From the NCBI RefSeq assembly GCF_036321535.1, contig NC_087472.1, forward strand, positions 92,568,001 through 92,632,000: a stretch of DNA of 64,000 nucleotides, in the 5' to 3' direction. This DNA comes from Camelus dromedarius. Lineage: Eukaryota. The notes beneath the pieces were generated by a model. The model was not told where the DNA came from, made no database searches, and saw only the letters and a program-made list of their open reading frames with translations. Position 1 is the stretch's first letter. Every line of letters begins with the position of its first letter. Positions 25,086 through 38,100 of this stretch are shown piece by piece. The position numbers and the translations under genes are program-made.

Positions 25086-27739
25086 CTGATGATCTTAGAA
25101 AGGATTTGCAATTAATGTCACTTTGAATAAGTTTGCTCACTTTCCATCAATTCATATAATGTTTCTGTCTTTTAGATGAACTTGTAAAGGTCTTTCAAAA
25201 TACACATATTGAAACTTATTTTTCTAAGCAGTTAAAAAATCCAAACCCACTAAGATCATATTTAAATGTGAAAAATAAACATATGTACCAGAAAGTATTC
25301 TCTCATTTAAGTTCTACAAAGGCCACCATCTTTTTTTTTTTCCTATGACAATTCACACAATTAAAGCCACGGTCAATGTGACTAAAGACATAAGTCACTA
25401 TGACTGAAATGTAACCTTGCAATTATGTCAGAAGACTTGGGCTATATTCACTCTGTCACTGACTATTGGTGTGAAAATGGAGTAACTCCCTACTTTCTAT
25501 GTATCTTATTTATGCACCAAGTCATCTCCCTAAGGTTCTCTCCAGATCTCATATTCAAAGAGTCTGTTTCTTCCCTTGTTAAGTGAGGGCATCTTAAGTA
25601 CCAAAGAGAAATGAAAAATTATTATTTTAAGTAGGATTTTCAAAAAATGTTTTAGGATTACAATGAAATTTATGAAATTATGCCCTCATTTGTTATGCCT
25701 TATTTTCCAGGGCGTATAATGCATAGTATGTCATATGTGACACTTAGAAGACTGAAGGAGAAAGTCTTCTGAGGTAAATAAAGACAAACATGTGTCTCAC
25801 TTGAGAAAGGGAGAAAAGAAGGTGGAGGAGAAAGAAGTGTGCAGGCGGCTAAGAGACAATGGCACTATGACATACAGATCCTAAGACAAGCTAAAGATAA
25901 TCTGAAGAGTAAACAGAAAAAGCATGAAAAATCCACGGCGAGATTAGACTCTACAGAAAATAACTGAGCAACTATTTATCAAACACCATGCTAGGTCCTG
26001 GGAATACTGAGACATAGTCTCCTTTCTGAAAAAAAACAAATCACAGTCCATGAGGAAGACAAACCTGTAAAAAGGGAACTACCACAAAACAGGGTAATTA
26101 TTCTACACAAGAGAATCGATGTCTTTAAAACTAGTTCAAAAGAAAAAACGATAACTACCTAAGCAGTGTGTTCATCCACATTTTCTGGCCTGATGGAGGA
26201 GTATGCAGCATTGTAAGTGGTATGACACTGGTAGGGAAAATTAGGATAGGAATCTTTTTGTAGAATAAAAGGAAATTGTCAGAGTCCATTATATAGACTA
26301 GTTTTCTAAAATGACTCAATTCTGTTCAGCAAACAGTTATTGAACACCTGTTGTGTATGAGGCACAGAGATAACTGTAGGCACACAAAGGTAAACAAGAC
26401 CTAGGACCTGTATTCAGGAAACTCAAAGTCGAATAGAAGAAAATCAGGAAGCAATGGAAAAGAAGATAGTGTTGTTTTACTGCCATACATCTATGGAGCT
26501 CCTAGAGTGGTAACAAGAGAGAGAAAAGATTGTAATTTGCAAGATGAAAACATGGGATGTAAGTGAAAAACCCTATTAGCTTCACTAGACTCTGCTTTTC
26601 TCTCATAGTGATGCCTAATCTTTTTTCTACTCAGAAGAACACTCCGAAAATTGGGAAGGATGCTAAGCAGCATCCCACACAAACATTGGCAAGGGATGGA
26701 GATTAATCTCTCCCCACCTCTTGAGCAGATCACAGGGAGATTAAAGAAGTCTTCACTTTCTTTGGTCAACACCGTGTTTAGCACCAAAGTAAACCAACAG
26801 ACTTTATCTCTGAAATCTTCTTGTAGCAGGAAGTAGACCCAAATTTCTCAATGGTTTATAAGGAATATAATTTCCCCAAGTACTCTGAAAGAATCGGGGG
26901 CTGCTGTCAGATTGCTGGAGGTTTACAGTTAGTGGTTCTTCACTGCTTCAAGGCTGCAAACTGACCTGGTTTGAATTACATTTGACAAGGCATTAATACC
27001 AACTGTGTAGATGGGAGAGTAACTAACCCTAGAAAGCATTAAACTGAGCTAGGAGTTATATTTTCTTTAAGGAGCCTAAAATGTGATTGATATCAGAGTA
27101 AAAACCTTGCAAGCTGTTAAGCAGAATGTACCCTCCTGCCCACACAAAAAAGTAAGAGTATGATTACTAGGTGAGCCTGGACTGAGGAGGATTATGCAAG
27201 AAGATGCTTTTTACAATGCATCTTGATGGAAGTAAAGGTTGAGCGTGATGAAGAAGAGATACTGGCATGAGGCAGAACAAAAAGAGAGAAAACGTACAAG
27301 CCTGGATGTGAGGTCAGAGTAGAGACAAGAAAAGAAACCACTGGGGTTCAAATAAAGGACATAGGGAAATAAAGAGGTTGTATGACCTTGAGATGGGGAG
27401 AAGGTGTGGAGCATGAAATCACACAGGGGTCAGAATAACTTAAACATAGGCAGTAGGGACGATATAACAGAGGAAAAAAAAAAATCCGTAAGATATCTTT
27501 GACAAAGGAATCAGTAGGCCTGACTGATTGGATTCACATGAAGAAAAAAATAAAAGACAAGATTAAGTAGAGTCTGGCTTTGACTCTAGATTATCCAAAA
27601 ATATAGACTCTGTGGGCTTGGGGTGAGGGGTGGGGCAGAAAGGTGGGAGAAGAAGAAGAAAAGAGAGGGTGTGAAAAATGTTTGACTCTATATAACGGTC
27701 TATATAATGAGGAGAGCTGATTTTCCCTCTTTCCAAGTG

Positions 27740-28060
27740 CAAAGCGCTCATGAGTATGAACGGGTCGTGCTGCAGCGCTCTGTCAGCCGCTTTCCTTCTA
27801 CGGGGCAGAAGAGTCAAGTTCATTACATCTGTGGGGACTTGGGAAGCTCACAAATAACAGTGGTCATTAATCACGCTGGCTAAATTCCTGAGCTACAGAC
27901 CTGAAGGTATGGAAAAGTACGCAATTTAAGGCTTTGTCTAACGTTATTTTAACTTAGCTTTTGACAGATAAGTTCAGGCCCGAGTTTACGCTCTGTCGTG
28001 AAAGAAGGCTGGGAATAGCACCTGCTTTGTCTTCCGCACCATAAATCTCAACCGCGGGGA
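27740..28060. promoter_or_regulatory. CpG-retaining unique patch; candidate enhancer or internal promoter
   Basis: I counted 15 CpGs by eye in ~310 bp of non-repeat DNA, against a CpG-depleted background. Confidence 0.5.
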
Positions 28061-29924
28061 ACACTGCATGTTTCACACACAACAGAAAAGATACATCATA
28101 GCCATTAACCTTCCCCTTAGTTGCTGATAAAGTAAAATAGACCCATTCTTTACAGGAACACTTACGTATCTGTTCAGATAAATATTCTTCTACTGCAATA
28201 AAGCCTATATTTTACATATAGATGGACTCCAAAATCAATTTTGCAAAAACAATGAGTGTTAGTTTAATATTCGTGTGATGTGGATGCAAAAATAATACTT
28301 TAAAGGCAAAAGTACAACAGTTACTTACATTTAAATTTATCAAATAAACAGAGTAAAATTTCTCTCTCCTCCCCCCCACTCCCTGCCTCTCTCTTTCTCA
28401 TCATACACATAAAAGAATTAAAGGCAGGATTCTCACTGGGAAGTTGAAGGAGATTTAAGATGACATCTTTGAGAAGGAGAATCATAGCTGTCAAATGACC
28501 AAAGCTGACAGAAATAATTCTCCTTTGCAATCCTTTTGAATCTAGGAATTGTGTTGAAATTCACTTTCTCTTTTGGAAGAATGCCTTTTCTTTTTTTTTC
28601 CTGAATAGTCTCAGTTGTTATTTCTGATGCTAGACAGAAAAGGCTTCCTGAGAGGTGAAAACTTGGGTGGAAAAAAGCAATTAAGCCATACTGGGCTGAA
28701 AAAAAATCAACATTGGCTCATTTGTGTTTTTTGTCAACTTGGTTCAACAGCACTGGTTTAACTTCTCTAAGTGCAACAGACTTGCAAATGCCCAATGTAG
28801 ACAGAACACTTGCCTGGGAAAAGCCTTCTCTAGATAAGCCCAGTTGCACTGAGGGAACAGGGAATTTCTCCACCATGACAATTTTTTCACTGCAGAGGCA
28901 AGCTGCTTCAACCAAAGTCATCATAAACTTTGTAGAATGGTGGGGCACACCATCTGATTCCTTTCGATGTCTTGGAGATTCCTCCCAAACTGGCTTTAAA
29001 AGTGGATATTTCCCTTGTATACCAGGTGTATTTACTATTGCCTGGAATAAATGTCGTTGGAGTTGGGGTGTTGGAGGTGGGAAGCTTGGGATCTTGGAAG
29101 GGACTCAACTTTGCAGAAACAGGCTGAGAAACTGCAGATGGTTAGGATAACCAATTTCTTGGTTTTGTCATCACTTCCTTTCCAGTTTAATAATAACTGT
29201 ACCTATCTGCAGTTATCCATGGGCAAACAAAATGAGCTATGCCACTCTCACTTGGCTCAGTCCGTCATTATCATTTATTTACTATACTGCATAAATTAAG
29301 ACAGCATGCCAATAAAAATGATTTCCTCCATTTGAAACCACACAAAAATAAATGATAAACCTAACAGGAAGCAAAATGTCCATCAGACATCCTACATCTC
29401 ATCTTGAAACACATTCCATTTCAACTGTGGAAAGAGAAAGCTCCACTCAGCTCTCAAAAATTACAGACCAAATGTCATCACCAGATCAACTGCTAGAGGC
29501 ATCTTTCTAATAAGAACATTCATGTGATGAAATGCAGAATAATACCTTTTTATCTAATACTTTCCTCAAGATTATGATTTAAGAAAGATCCTCTTCAAAG
29601 CACTCTTTAATAGTTTATAACAAAACAAACTGATATCCTATAAATTAATGTTACATCACAAATGCTTCCGTCTTTTAACATATTTCTTCACATGCATTTT
29701 TTAGAGATGGAAGTTCTCAGAGAGAATGGTGTGAAAGTGTTTGCTTTCTGGACTACACTATCTTGAACATATAGGCACCCAATCTAAATGTTCTAATATC
29801 ATAAAGATGTCCTATGTTCATATTGGGTAAGTCCAGGATCACTGCAAACATACTTCAAGTGGCAGCATCGGGTGGTTGATTTTTTTCATGTAATACACTC
29901 AATGAGTTTTTTTTTTCAGTACTG

Positions 29925-30928
29925 TAACTCAACAAATGAAAAGAAAAATAATGAAATTTAAAAATGGGCAACAAATTTGAATACTCATTTCTTAAGAAGT
30001 GGCTAATAATCACATGAAAGGATGTTCAAAATCATTACCAGAGAAGTAAAAATCAAAACCACAATGAGATACCACCTTACAGGCCCTATGACAGCTATAA
30101 TCAAATAATGAAAAAATTCTGAACCTACATAATGGTTGCCTAACATTGTGAATGTACTTGAGGCCATATACATTAATATGGTTAAAATGGTAAATTTTAT
30201 GCTATGTGTATTTTGCCACACAAAAAAGACAAATACTAATAACTGTTGGTGAGGATATAGAGAAATCAGAACCGTAATAACATTGTTATTTGGAAGATAA
30301 AATAGTGGAGCCACTTTGGGAACAGTCTGCCAGTTTTTCAAAAGGCAAAGCATAGAGTTACCATATGATCCACCAATTCCACTCCTAGGAATATACCCAA
30401 GAGAGTTGAAAACATATCCACACAAAAACTTGTCCAAAAATGTTCATAGCAGCATTATTCATAACAGCCCAAACAACCCAAATGAGAAACAACCCAAATG
30501 AACATCAAATGATGAATGAGTAAATATAATGTGGTATACAGTGAGTTATTTGGCAACAAAATAAGTGCTGATACATGTTTCAATATGGATGAATCTTAAA
30601 AACATCATATTGAGTGAAAGAAGCATCACAAAGGACAATACATCATATGATTCCATTTATACTAATGTCCAGTATAGGCATATCCATAGAGACATAAAGT
30701 AGAATGATGGTTGCCTAGGGCTGAGACAGGAAGAGGAGCTCATTTCGGGGGAAGGGAGAGTGACTGTTATTGGCTATGGAGTTTCTTCTGGGAATGATTA
30801 AAATATTCTAAAATTCATTCTGTTGATGGTTGGACAACTCTGTGAATGCATACAAAACACTGAATTTTACACCCTAAATGAGTGAATTGTATGCTATGGG
30901 AATTATACTATATCCCATTAAAGATGTT
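29925..30928 (+). mobile_element. L1MB/MC ORF2 end plus 3'UTR, with a small nested L1 3' fragment (about 30110-30228)
   Basis: The ORF remnant [26 protein letters not shown] is the L1 ORF2 C-terminal region and is followed by a typical 3'UTR. Confidence 0.9.
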
Positions 30929-32389
30929 ATGTAACGAAAGAATGAGCCTTTTTCTGGTTGGTAGAAGTTAAGTGTTGTGTGGGAGTTTATGTCAACACAA
31001 AGGAAGCTTTTGGGGGATGTATGTGCTATGTTGATACTCCCCAGAGTTAGCTTTGTATACCTCTCCTCTGGTTGATGGTCTTTCTTTTTGCCACTACACA
31101 CTTTCCATTTAATTGACCTGAGAAAAGAAGATCAAGGTAGGAGGACAGGAAATTGCCATGTACATTAAGAAACTGATAGTGGTAGAATCATTTGCTTGGC
31201 ACTGAGATGTTCCAAAAGGAGAGCCTCAGATCCATCACTCGTCAAAGAGTGTTGGAGAGTGGGGAGTAGAACAGGCTACTTATGAGTTTGCCTCTCTTGC
31301 TGAATCCCTATGTTAATGCCTGGGAACTTAAAATACCTTGACAGCAATGATATGAATATTAGCTCAAGGATCCTAAGTGAAAACCTCAGAGAATAAACTT
31401 TTCATCACTTGTTCAATGTCAAAGAATCTCTATGAAAATACTTTCTCCTAATTTCCCTCCTTTTCTTCTACTTCTTCTTTCCAAGTTAACATATAATATA
31501 TAGGTGCTCATCAAATGATTTCTGTTCAAGAGTAGGGTTAGTAATAATACCCTTCTCCTTTACTTAAATGTCCAACCCTCTTTATCTGGAAAAAAAATAA
31601 TAACCTTTCCTGGTAAAGAGAGGTTAATAAAGATAAGAAAAAGTAACAGGTTTCCTTTTTATAAAGTACATTTTCATTAAAGAACTGAAATACATTCACA
31701 TTTTTTGGTATTTTAACTATTTTAATTCTCAAACTAATTAATATCAGTACATAAGAGCTGTCTGGATTGCATCCATACATTTGATAGGAAAACAGAGGGC
31801 ACACAACTTCTTGATGGCTATCTCAGGTCACATTTGCATGCAGAATTTAGTTCATATAGACCATTTAGAGTGTCTAGTACACAATCCCAATCAAAGGCTT
31901 CAAAGATAACCCAAGCCAGCAAGCCACAGCTCCAGGTATTTCCTTTTTTCATTCCATACTAAGATGAAGTAGAAGTGATCTTATGTTTAGTCTTCCACAT
32001 TCTGTAAAATTAAGCGCTGCTAAAGACATACAATTTGCTTTAAGAAAGAAAAAAAGCTCCCTACTATGATTGTTGTCCTATAAAAGAGTAACATTTTAAT
32101 TAAATTTATCACATGCTTAAGCCCCCCATTCTTTTAATAATGTTAATGTAATTAAGCTGTGTTTGATCTTCCAGATTCTTTATTGAAATACAATTATTCT
32201 GAACCAAATTCTCTTAAGAATTGAGAAAATCAGTCCTCAATGCACTTAAACCTAACAAGATCTTATTCTTGTATGTTACATTCTTGGCAACAACAACAAA
32301 AACAAAAACTGCTTGAAATACAACTGCTAATTCACTGCAGCAGTATTTGCTACTCAAAGACTTGGTCCTCTCAGTTGATCTGATTTCTT

Positions 32390-33365
32390 CTATAGTACTG
32401 CCCATGGCGTCTCCACTTGGAAGTCTAATGGGCATACCAAACTTATTAGGTCCAAAATGACCTCCTGACCATGCCCATCCAGACCTACTTTTTCTGCCCT
32501 CTTTTCCATACAAGAAAAATATGTCAATACCATCCTTTCAGTCGTTCAGGTCAATTATAAGTTCACCTTTGAAACCTCTCTCTCATTTACACCCTAAATC
32601 CAATCCATCAGCAAATCTTAGTAGCTCTGCTTTCAAAATATATCCAGAATCCAACCATTTATCACTACTCTCCACAAATACCATCCAAGTTTAGGTAGTA
32701 TTTTCCCTCACCTGAATTACTAGAAAAGCCTTGTAACTAACTAGTCTCTCTGCTTCAGCCTGTGCCCCACTTTGGTGCAGAATGTTACTTTTAAGTCAGG
32801 CAAATCATGTCATCTTCTGCTCAAATTTTTTCATCTCAGAATAAAAGTCAACATCCTTAGAATGATACATGCAAAGCCTCCTATATCTGCTTGTTCCCCC
32901 ACTTACCTAATCTCTTACACTCTGCCCATAGCTCACCCAGCCCATCATGGAAGGGACTTTGCATTTAATTTTCCTTCTGTCAGGAATGCTCTTTCAACAG
33001 TTAAGCTCATGGCTCCCTCCTTCAACTCCTAATGAACAACGTCTTTTCAGTCAACCTTATTTTAAAAGGAAATCCATTCCAGACCCCAACCTCTTCCTCC
33101 CCTCATATTACCAATCCTCCTTCTCTGCCTCATTTTTGACCCTATATCATCTGACTTGTTTATTGTCTAAACTATCTATTTTATGCACAGGCCATACATT
33201 TAAGTTATTTTTCTTAAATTGTCTGCTTCACCTCTACTAGAGTATACTAGAACGTAAACTCCTTCAAGGCAGAAATTTTGGTCTGTTTTGTTCATTGGTA
33301 TGTCCCCAGTGATCAGAGCAGCACCTGGTACAAAGCAGCAATTCCACAAATATTTGTTGAATAAA
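32390..33365 (+). mobile_element. L2 3' portion
   Basis: ccaatccatcagcaaatc...ctctgctttcaaaatatatccagaatcc, ending in aaatatttgttgaat. Confidence 0.85.
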
Positions 33366-33659
33366 ATGGCAAATTACATACAAATGTAAAAATTCATAAG
33401 AGCAAATTAAGAATATCTCTTGGTATCATTATTTTCTTTAATAGATTTCACAATTTCATGTTTTCAAAAATGCACTCAGTTAAAAATCTCAGGATAAATA
33501 TGAGAAGACCCAAGTGAGTTAATTTATTTATAGCCAATATGGCATTCATCAGCTAAATATGTCACTAGAATAATCATAAATACTCATAAAAATATTACAA
33601 ATTGTCTGCTTAGATTTACTTTAATAATTTACTTACAAAATCAATCAAGCATCATTATT

Positions 33660-34620
33660 TGTCAACCTCCTACTTCAATCTTTGCCTTCTCAATAAATAT
33701 CACTGGCATCAATCCAGTGACTCAAGCCTCAAACTTAAGTCATCCTTGATCTTCTTCTGTCACTTCCTCTCAAAACCAATCCATCAGCAAGCCCTGTCAA
33801 TTAGAACTTCTAAGTCTACTGTTAGGGATCTGCCCACAGCTCTTACTGTCCCCACCATCACACCAGACCCAGGCACCATCACTTCTCCTCTTGACAATGG
33901 CAACAGCCCTTCCACTGGTCATCACATGGACATTAATTCTCTCTTCCAACCCATTTTCCCCACCATAGCACAAGTATTTTTCTTAAAACACAGGCTAGAT
34001 CCCAGCACTCCACTGATTCCACTACTTAAAATCCTTCACTTTGCTTTTATAGTTGTTCTAGTTACTTTTTCAGACTTTCATTTGCAAATACTTTCAGACT
34101 TAAAGATAAATTTCAAATATAGGACAAGGAGATCCTTCTGTATACTTTTCACCCAATTTCCTCAAATTAAGGTCTTATTTAATCACAGTATAATTTTCAA
34201 ATCAAGGGTTAACAAGAATATGATACTCAGCCAATCAGATGCAGGAGCTGCTAGTCCAGTAATCACACTTTGAGAGCTACTGCTCTAGTCACCTTTGACT
34301 TCTCTCAGGTCCTTGAAACACCAAGCTCATTCAGTCTCAGGGCCTTTGCACTAATTTTTCCCTCTCTCTCAAACATTCTCCTCCACATCTTGGCCATCTT
34401 AGACCATCTAGTCTAAAGAAGTTTCCCTGATCTATTTTCACCATAGTGCTTATCACTATTTGGTATTCTCCCATGTAAAAAATTTTATTGTCTATATTTC
34501 CACGCAAGAACTTAAGCATTCAGAGAAGTGGGACCTTGTTTTCTTGTTCTTGATGATATCCCCAAGATTTCAAACTATGCTTGCCAGATAGTAGGCAATT
34601 AATAAACATTTGCTGATTAT
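33660..34620 (+). mobile_element. L2 3' portion with nested L1MC and MER5-type fragments (about 34060-34290)
   Basis: ccaatccatcagcaagccctgtc...ctcagggcctttgcact...gtaggcaattaataaacatttgctga. Confidence 0.8.
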
Positions 34621-35038
34621 ATACTTACCAAGAAAAATGAAACCAAATTGAAAAACATTATAAAGCTGTTATTTCTATAATACTTTGCAGTTCTCATTCA
34701 TTCCTATATACTTATTGGCTAACCTAGAAAAATGGAAAATTTATTAGCTTAAGGATCAGATAAGCTTGATTTCATTTCCTGGCTCTGTCAGTGACCACCA
34801 AGTTTTAAATCCTATTTAAGTCTTAGTTTTCCTTTAAAGATACTCAAATTAAAAATCATCTGGTCAGTAAACATTAAAGCCAGAATTCAACCTATGTTTG
34901 TTTGAAAGAGCACTCAATTTTATAGCACCAAATTTGAATGTAAGCCCAAAGATTGATAATTGTGTCTGTACTATTATCTGCTTAATTACTAGTGCCTACT
35001 ATAGTATCTCCCATGGAAGATATATTCAATAAATAATT

Positions 35039-35992
35039 TTAAATTTTTTTCTTTTAACATTTTTTTGGATTTGTAATCATTCTACAATGCTGCGTCAAAT
35101 TCCAGTGTAGAGCACAATCCCCCAGCCACACATTAACATATATATACCCATTGTCACATTTTTTTCTCTGTGAGCTACCATAAGATCTTGTGTGTATTTC
35201 CCTGTGCTATACAGTACAATATTGTTTATCTATTCTACAATTTTGAAATCCGTCTATCCCTTCCCACCCTCCGCCCCACTGGCAACCACAAGTCTGTACT
35301 CCATGTCTATGAGTCTGTCTCCACCCTGTATTTATGCTTTGTTTGTTTGTTTGTTTGTTTGTTTTAGATTCCACATATAAGCAATCTCATATGGTATTTT
35401 TCTTTCTCTTTCTAGCTTACTTCACTTACAATGACATTCTCCAGGAGCATCCATGTTGCTGCAAATGGTGTTATGTTGTCGGTTTTTATGGCTGAGTAGT
35501 ATTCCATTGTATAAATACACCACAGCTTCTTTATCCAGTCATCTGTTGATGGACATTTAGGCTGTTTCCATGTCTTGGCCATTGTAAATAGTGCTGCTAT
35601 GAACATTGGGGAGCAGGTGTCATCCTGAAGTAGGGTTCCTTCTGGGTATATGCCCAGGAGTGGGATTCAAAAATCAGTTGCATTTCTTATACACTAATGA
35701 TGAATCAACAGAAAAAGAAAGTAAAGAAACAATCTCCTTTAAAATAGCACCCAAAGTAATAAAATACCTAGGAATAAATCTAACCAAGGAGGTGAAAGAA
35801 TTATACACAGAAAACTATAAACCACTGATGAAGGAAATTAAAGAAGACTAAAAAATGAAAAGATATCCCACGCTCTTGGATTGGAAGAATCAATATTGTT
35901 AAAATGGTCACACTGCCCAAGGCAATCTACAGATTTAATGCAATCCCTATCAGATTACCCAGGACATATTTCACAGAACTAGAACAAATCAT
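35039..35992 (-). mobile_element. Young L1 insertion with 5' inversion (3' part on -, ORF2 segment on +)
   Basis: 35039-35667 is the T-rich tail, 3'UTR and ORF2 C-terminus on - ([29 protein letters not shown]). 35665-35992 is an upstream ORF2 segment on + ([29 protein letters not shown]). AATAAATAATT flanks both ends (35028-35038 and 35993-36003). Confidence 0.92.
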
Positions 35993-36024
35993 AATAAATA
36001 ATTATTAAGTAAAAGATAAACATT

Positions 36025-36095
36025 CATGTATGAATGAAGCATTTTGCTGTACACCTGAAATTGATACAACATAGTAAAGTGACTATACTTCAATG
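36025..36095 (+). mobile_element. Short young L1 3' tip whose tail has become a (TG/TA)n microsatellite
   Basis: gctgtacacctgaaattgatacaacatagtaaagtgactatacttcaat matches the 3' tips of the copies at 37.0, 58.8 and 62.3 kb. Confidence 0.8.
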
Positions 36096-36853
36096 AAATA
36101 TATGTGTGTATATTTACGTGTGTGTGTGTGTATATATATGTGTGTATATATATATACTACTAGTGAGTCATACGGTATGCATGTATATCCTATTTGAGTC
36201 TGTATATTCCATATTTTCATGTATTAAAAAGCTACTATCCTTGAATGTAAAACTCTACCTCAGTATTCACATTAACAACGTTTTATTCTTAAGTTCTATG
36301 CCACTTAAATAGATTTATGTTTCCATGTCACTCTTAAAAACAGAACTTCAAATAAATACCATCTTAGTTGTGAAATCATTAGCTTCGGTCAAAATATTTG
36401 CATTTTATTATTTCCAACAAATGTCAGGATTATTCAAAAGTCAATTTATAACACTTGAGAAAGATCAAAAATGAGATACACATTGGGTATCATGGGATTT
36501 TTATATTTTATTTATCATGAAATCAAAGGTTGAGTTTTAATAAAGTATGTGGTCAGAACAATAACACTGTCTCACCGTGTATCTTTCCTTGATACACTTT
36601 TAAACTACCTTAATGGGATTCAGTTAAATTTTTAAAACAACGTTTCATATTTTATTTGATATGCAGAGAGTTCTCAAACTTTTGAAGCTCTTCAGTTTTA
36701 AAGTTTTAACATTTTCTGGTGAAACTAGTTAAAAAGTAAGAGTATTTTGTGAATGTTCTCATACATAAACACATGCACACACACAACAGACACTAGCGCT
36801 ATCTGGTTGTTATTTTGACATGTGTTTCTGTTCTTTAAGAGACTCCATTAACA

Positions 36854-37057
36854 GTATGGGATTAAGCGATACAAACTACTATGTATAAAATAGAGGAGCA
36901 ACAAGGATATGCTGTGTAGCACAAGGAGATATAACCATTATTTTTTAATAACTTTAAATGGGTTATAATCTATAAAAATACTGAACCACTATGCTGTACA
37001 CCAGAAACTAATATAATATTGTAAATCAACTATACTTCAATAAAAAGAATACAAAAT
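36854..37057 (+). mobile_element. Artiodactyl-type L1 3' end with degenerate TSD
   Basis: gatacaaactactatgtataaaatag...gtaaatcaactatacttcaataaaaa. Flanks are AAGAGACTCCATTAACA (36837-36853) and AAAAGACTCCTGTAACA (37058-37074), at a TTCTTT/AAGA endonuclease-like site. Confidence 0.9.
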
Positions 37058-37759
37058 AAAAGACTCCTGTAACAAATTCAAAAGGAGACATAAGAGTTAC
37101 ATTTAGAACAGAATCAGTCAAATGCAGGTTGATAGAACAGCAAACTATGTATTTTTTATTTCAAAGAACAAGCCTCCATTATCAAAACATTTGTATGTGA
37201 GGATGTATATGTCCACACACATTTGTTTAGCCATTTCTTTTTCCAAATTACAATTTGTCTCAAATTCTATGAGAAATTAGAGTTTTCAGTTTTGTACTTC
37301 ACTGGCATTTTGTTGTTTGAAATTACAGAAGAAAAATCCCTATTCCAAAGGGCCCCACAGAGTTGATATGAAAATAGTCCAAAATAAAACCATCCTACAT
37401 ATACATATCATCACTGTTGGGTGACTCACATTACAGGGCTCAAATTTGGCATTTCAATTCTATACTTGCAGATGTCCAAGGGTCTGTCCTGGTCTCATAT
37501 ATCTTTGTAGTTGGTGGAAACTGCATATAGAAAGACCTAATGGATGTTCACTGGCAGAGTGGCTGGCCTCAGATTCCATCTATCTTGTGTCTCCTCTAGC
37601 AACTTCATGGCATATATCTTTAGCCTCACTCTTACACATAAGTCAAAAGTCAACAAGAGACGAAGAAAAAAGTAGGAAACTTAAGCTTGAGATAAAAGGC
37701 TGAAAAGAAACAGCAAATACTTGTCTGCTTCATGAATACAGAGAACAATTTAGTATGTC

Positions 37760-38100
37760 AAAGGATTTTAGATGAATTCACATTTGATGCAGATATCACC
37801 TATCCAGATCTTTGAAACTTTACTTACCAATGATACAATTCTTGATTTAGCTTTAAGAAACTTCTGAGATCTAATATAACAAGGTAAGCTTATACTAGAT
37901 ATGATCTCAAAGGGAAGCTGGAGGATTTGGCTCAGAAATGGGACAGACTGAAACAAAGACTAATGAAGTTTCAATACAATGCCCAAAGCTGATTAAGGTT
38001 ATGTCTATTCAGGAATGAAACAACTGATCAATTGGAGAATAAGGGTGTCACAAATGGGTGGCTACAGGTCCATCCAAGTTTTTATTTGTGTTTGACTTTG
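37760..38100 (+). mobile_element. Probable CR1/L3 relic
   Basis: Degenerate text resembling the CR1 RT region (gatatcacctatccagatc...ctggaggatttggctcagaaatgggacagac). Confidence 0.4.

Noticed and set aside
28713..29299. Cluster of overlapping ORFs (145, 76, 66 and 82 aa)
   Set aside because: I recognise no protein similarity or consistent splice structure. Locally higher GC is enough to explain the open frames.
33659..34273. Longest ORF in the track (204 aa)
   Set aside because: It starts at a non-ATG codon and runs through L2, L1MC and MER5 relics. It has no recognisable domain.
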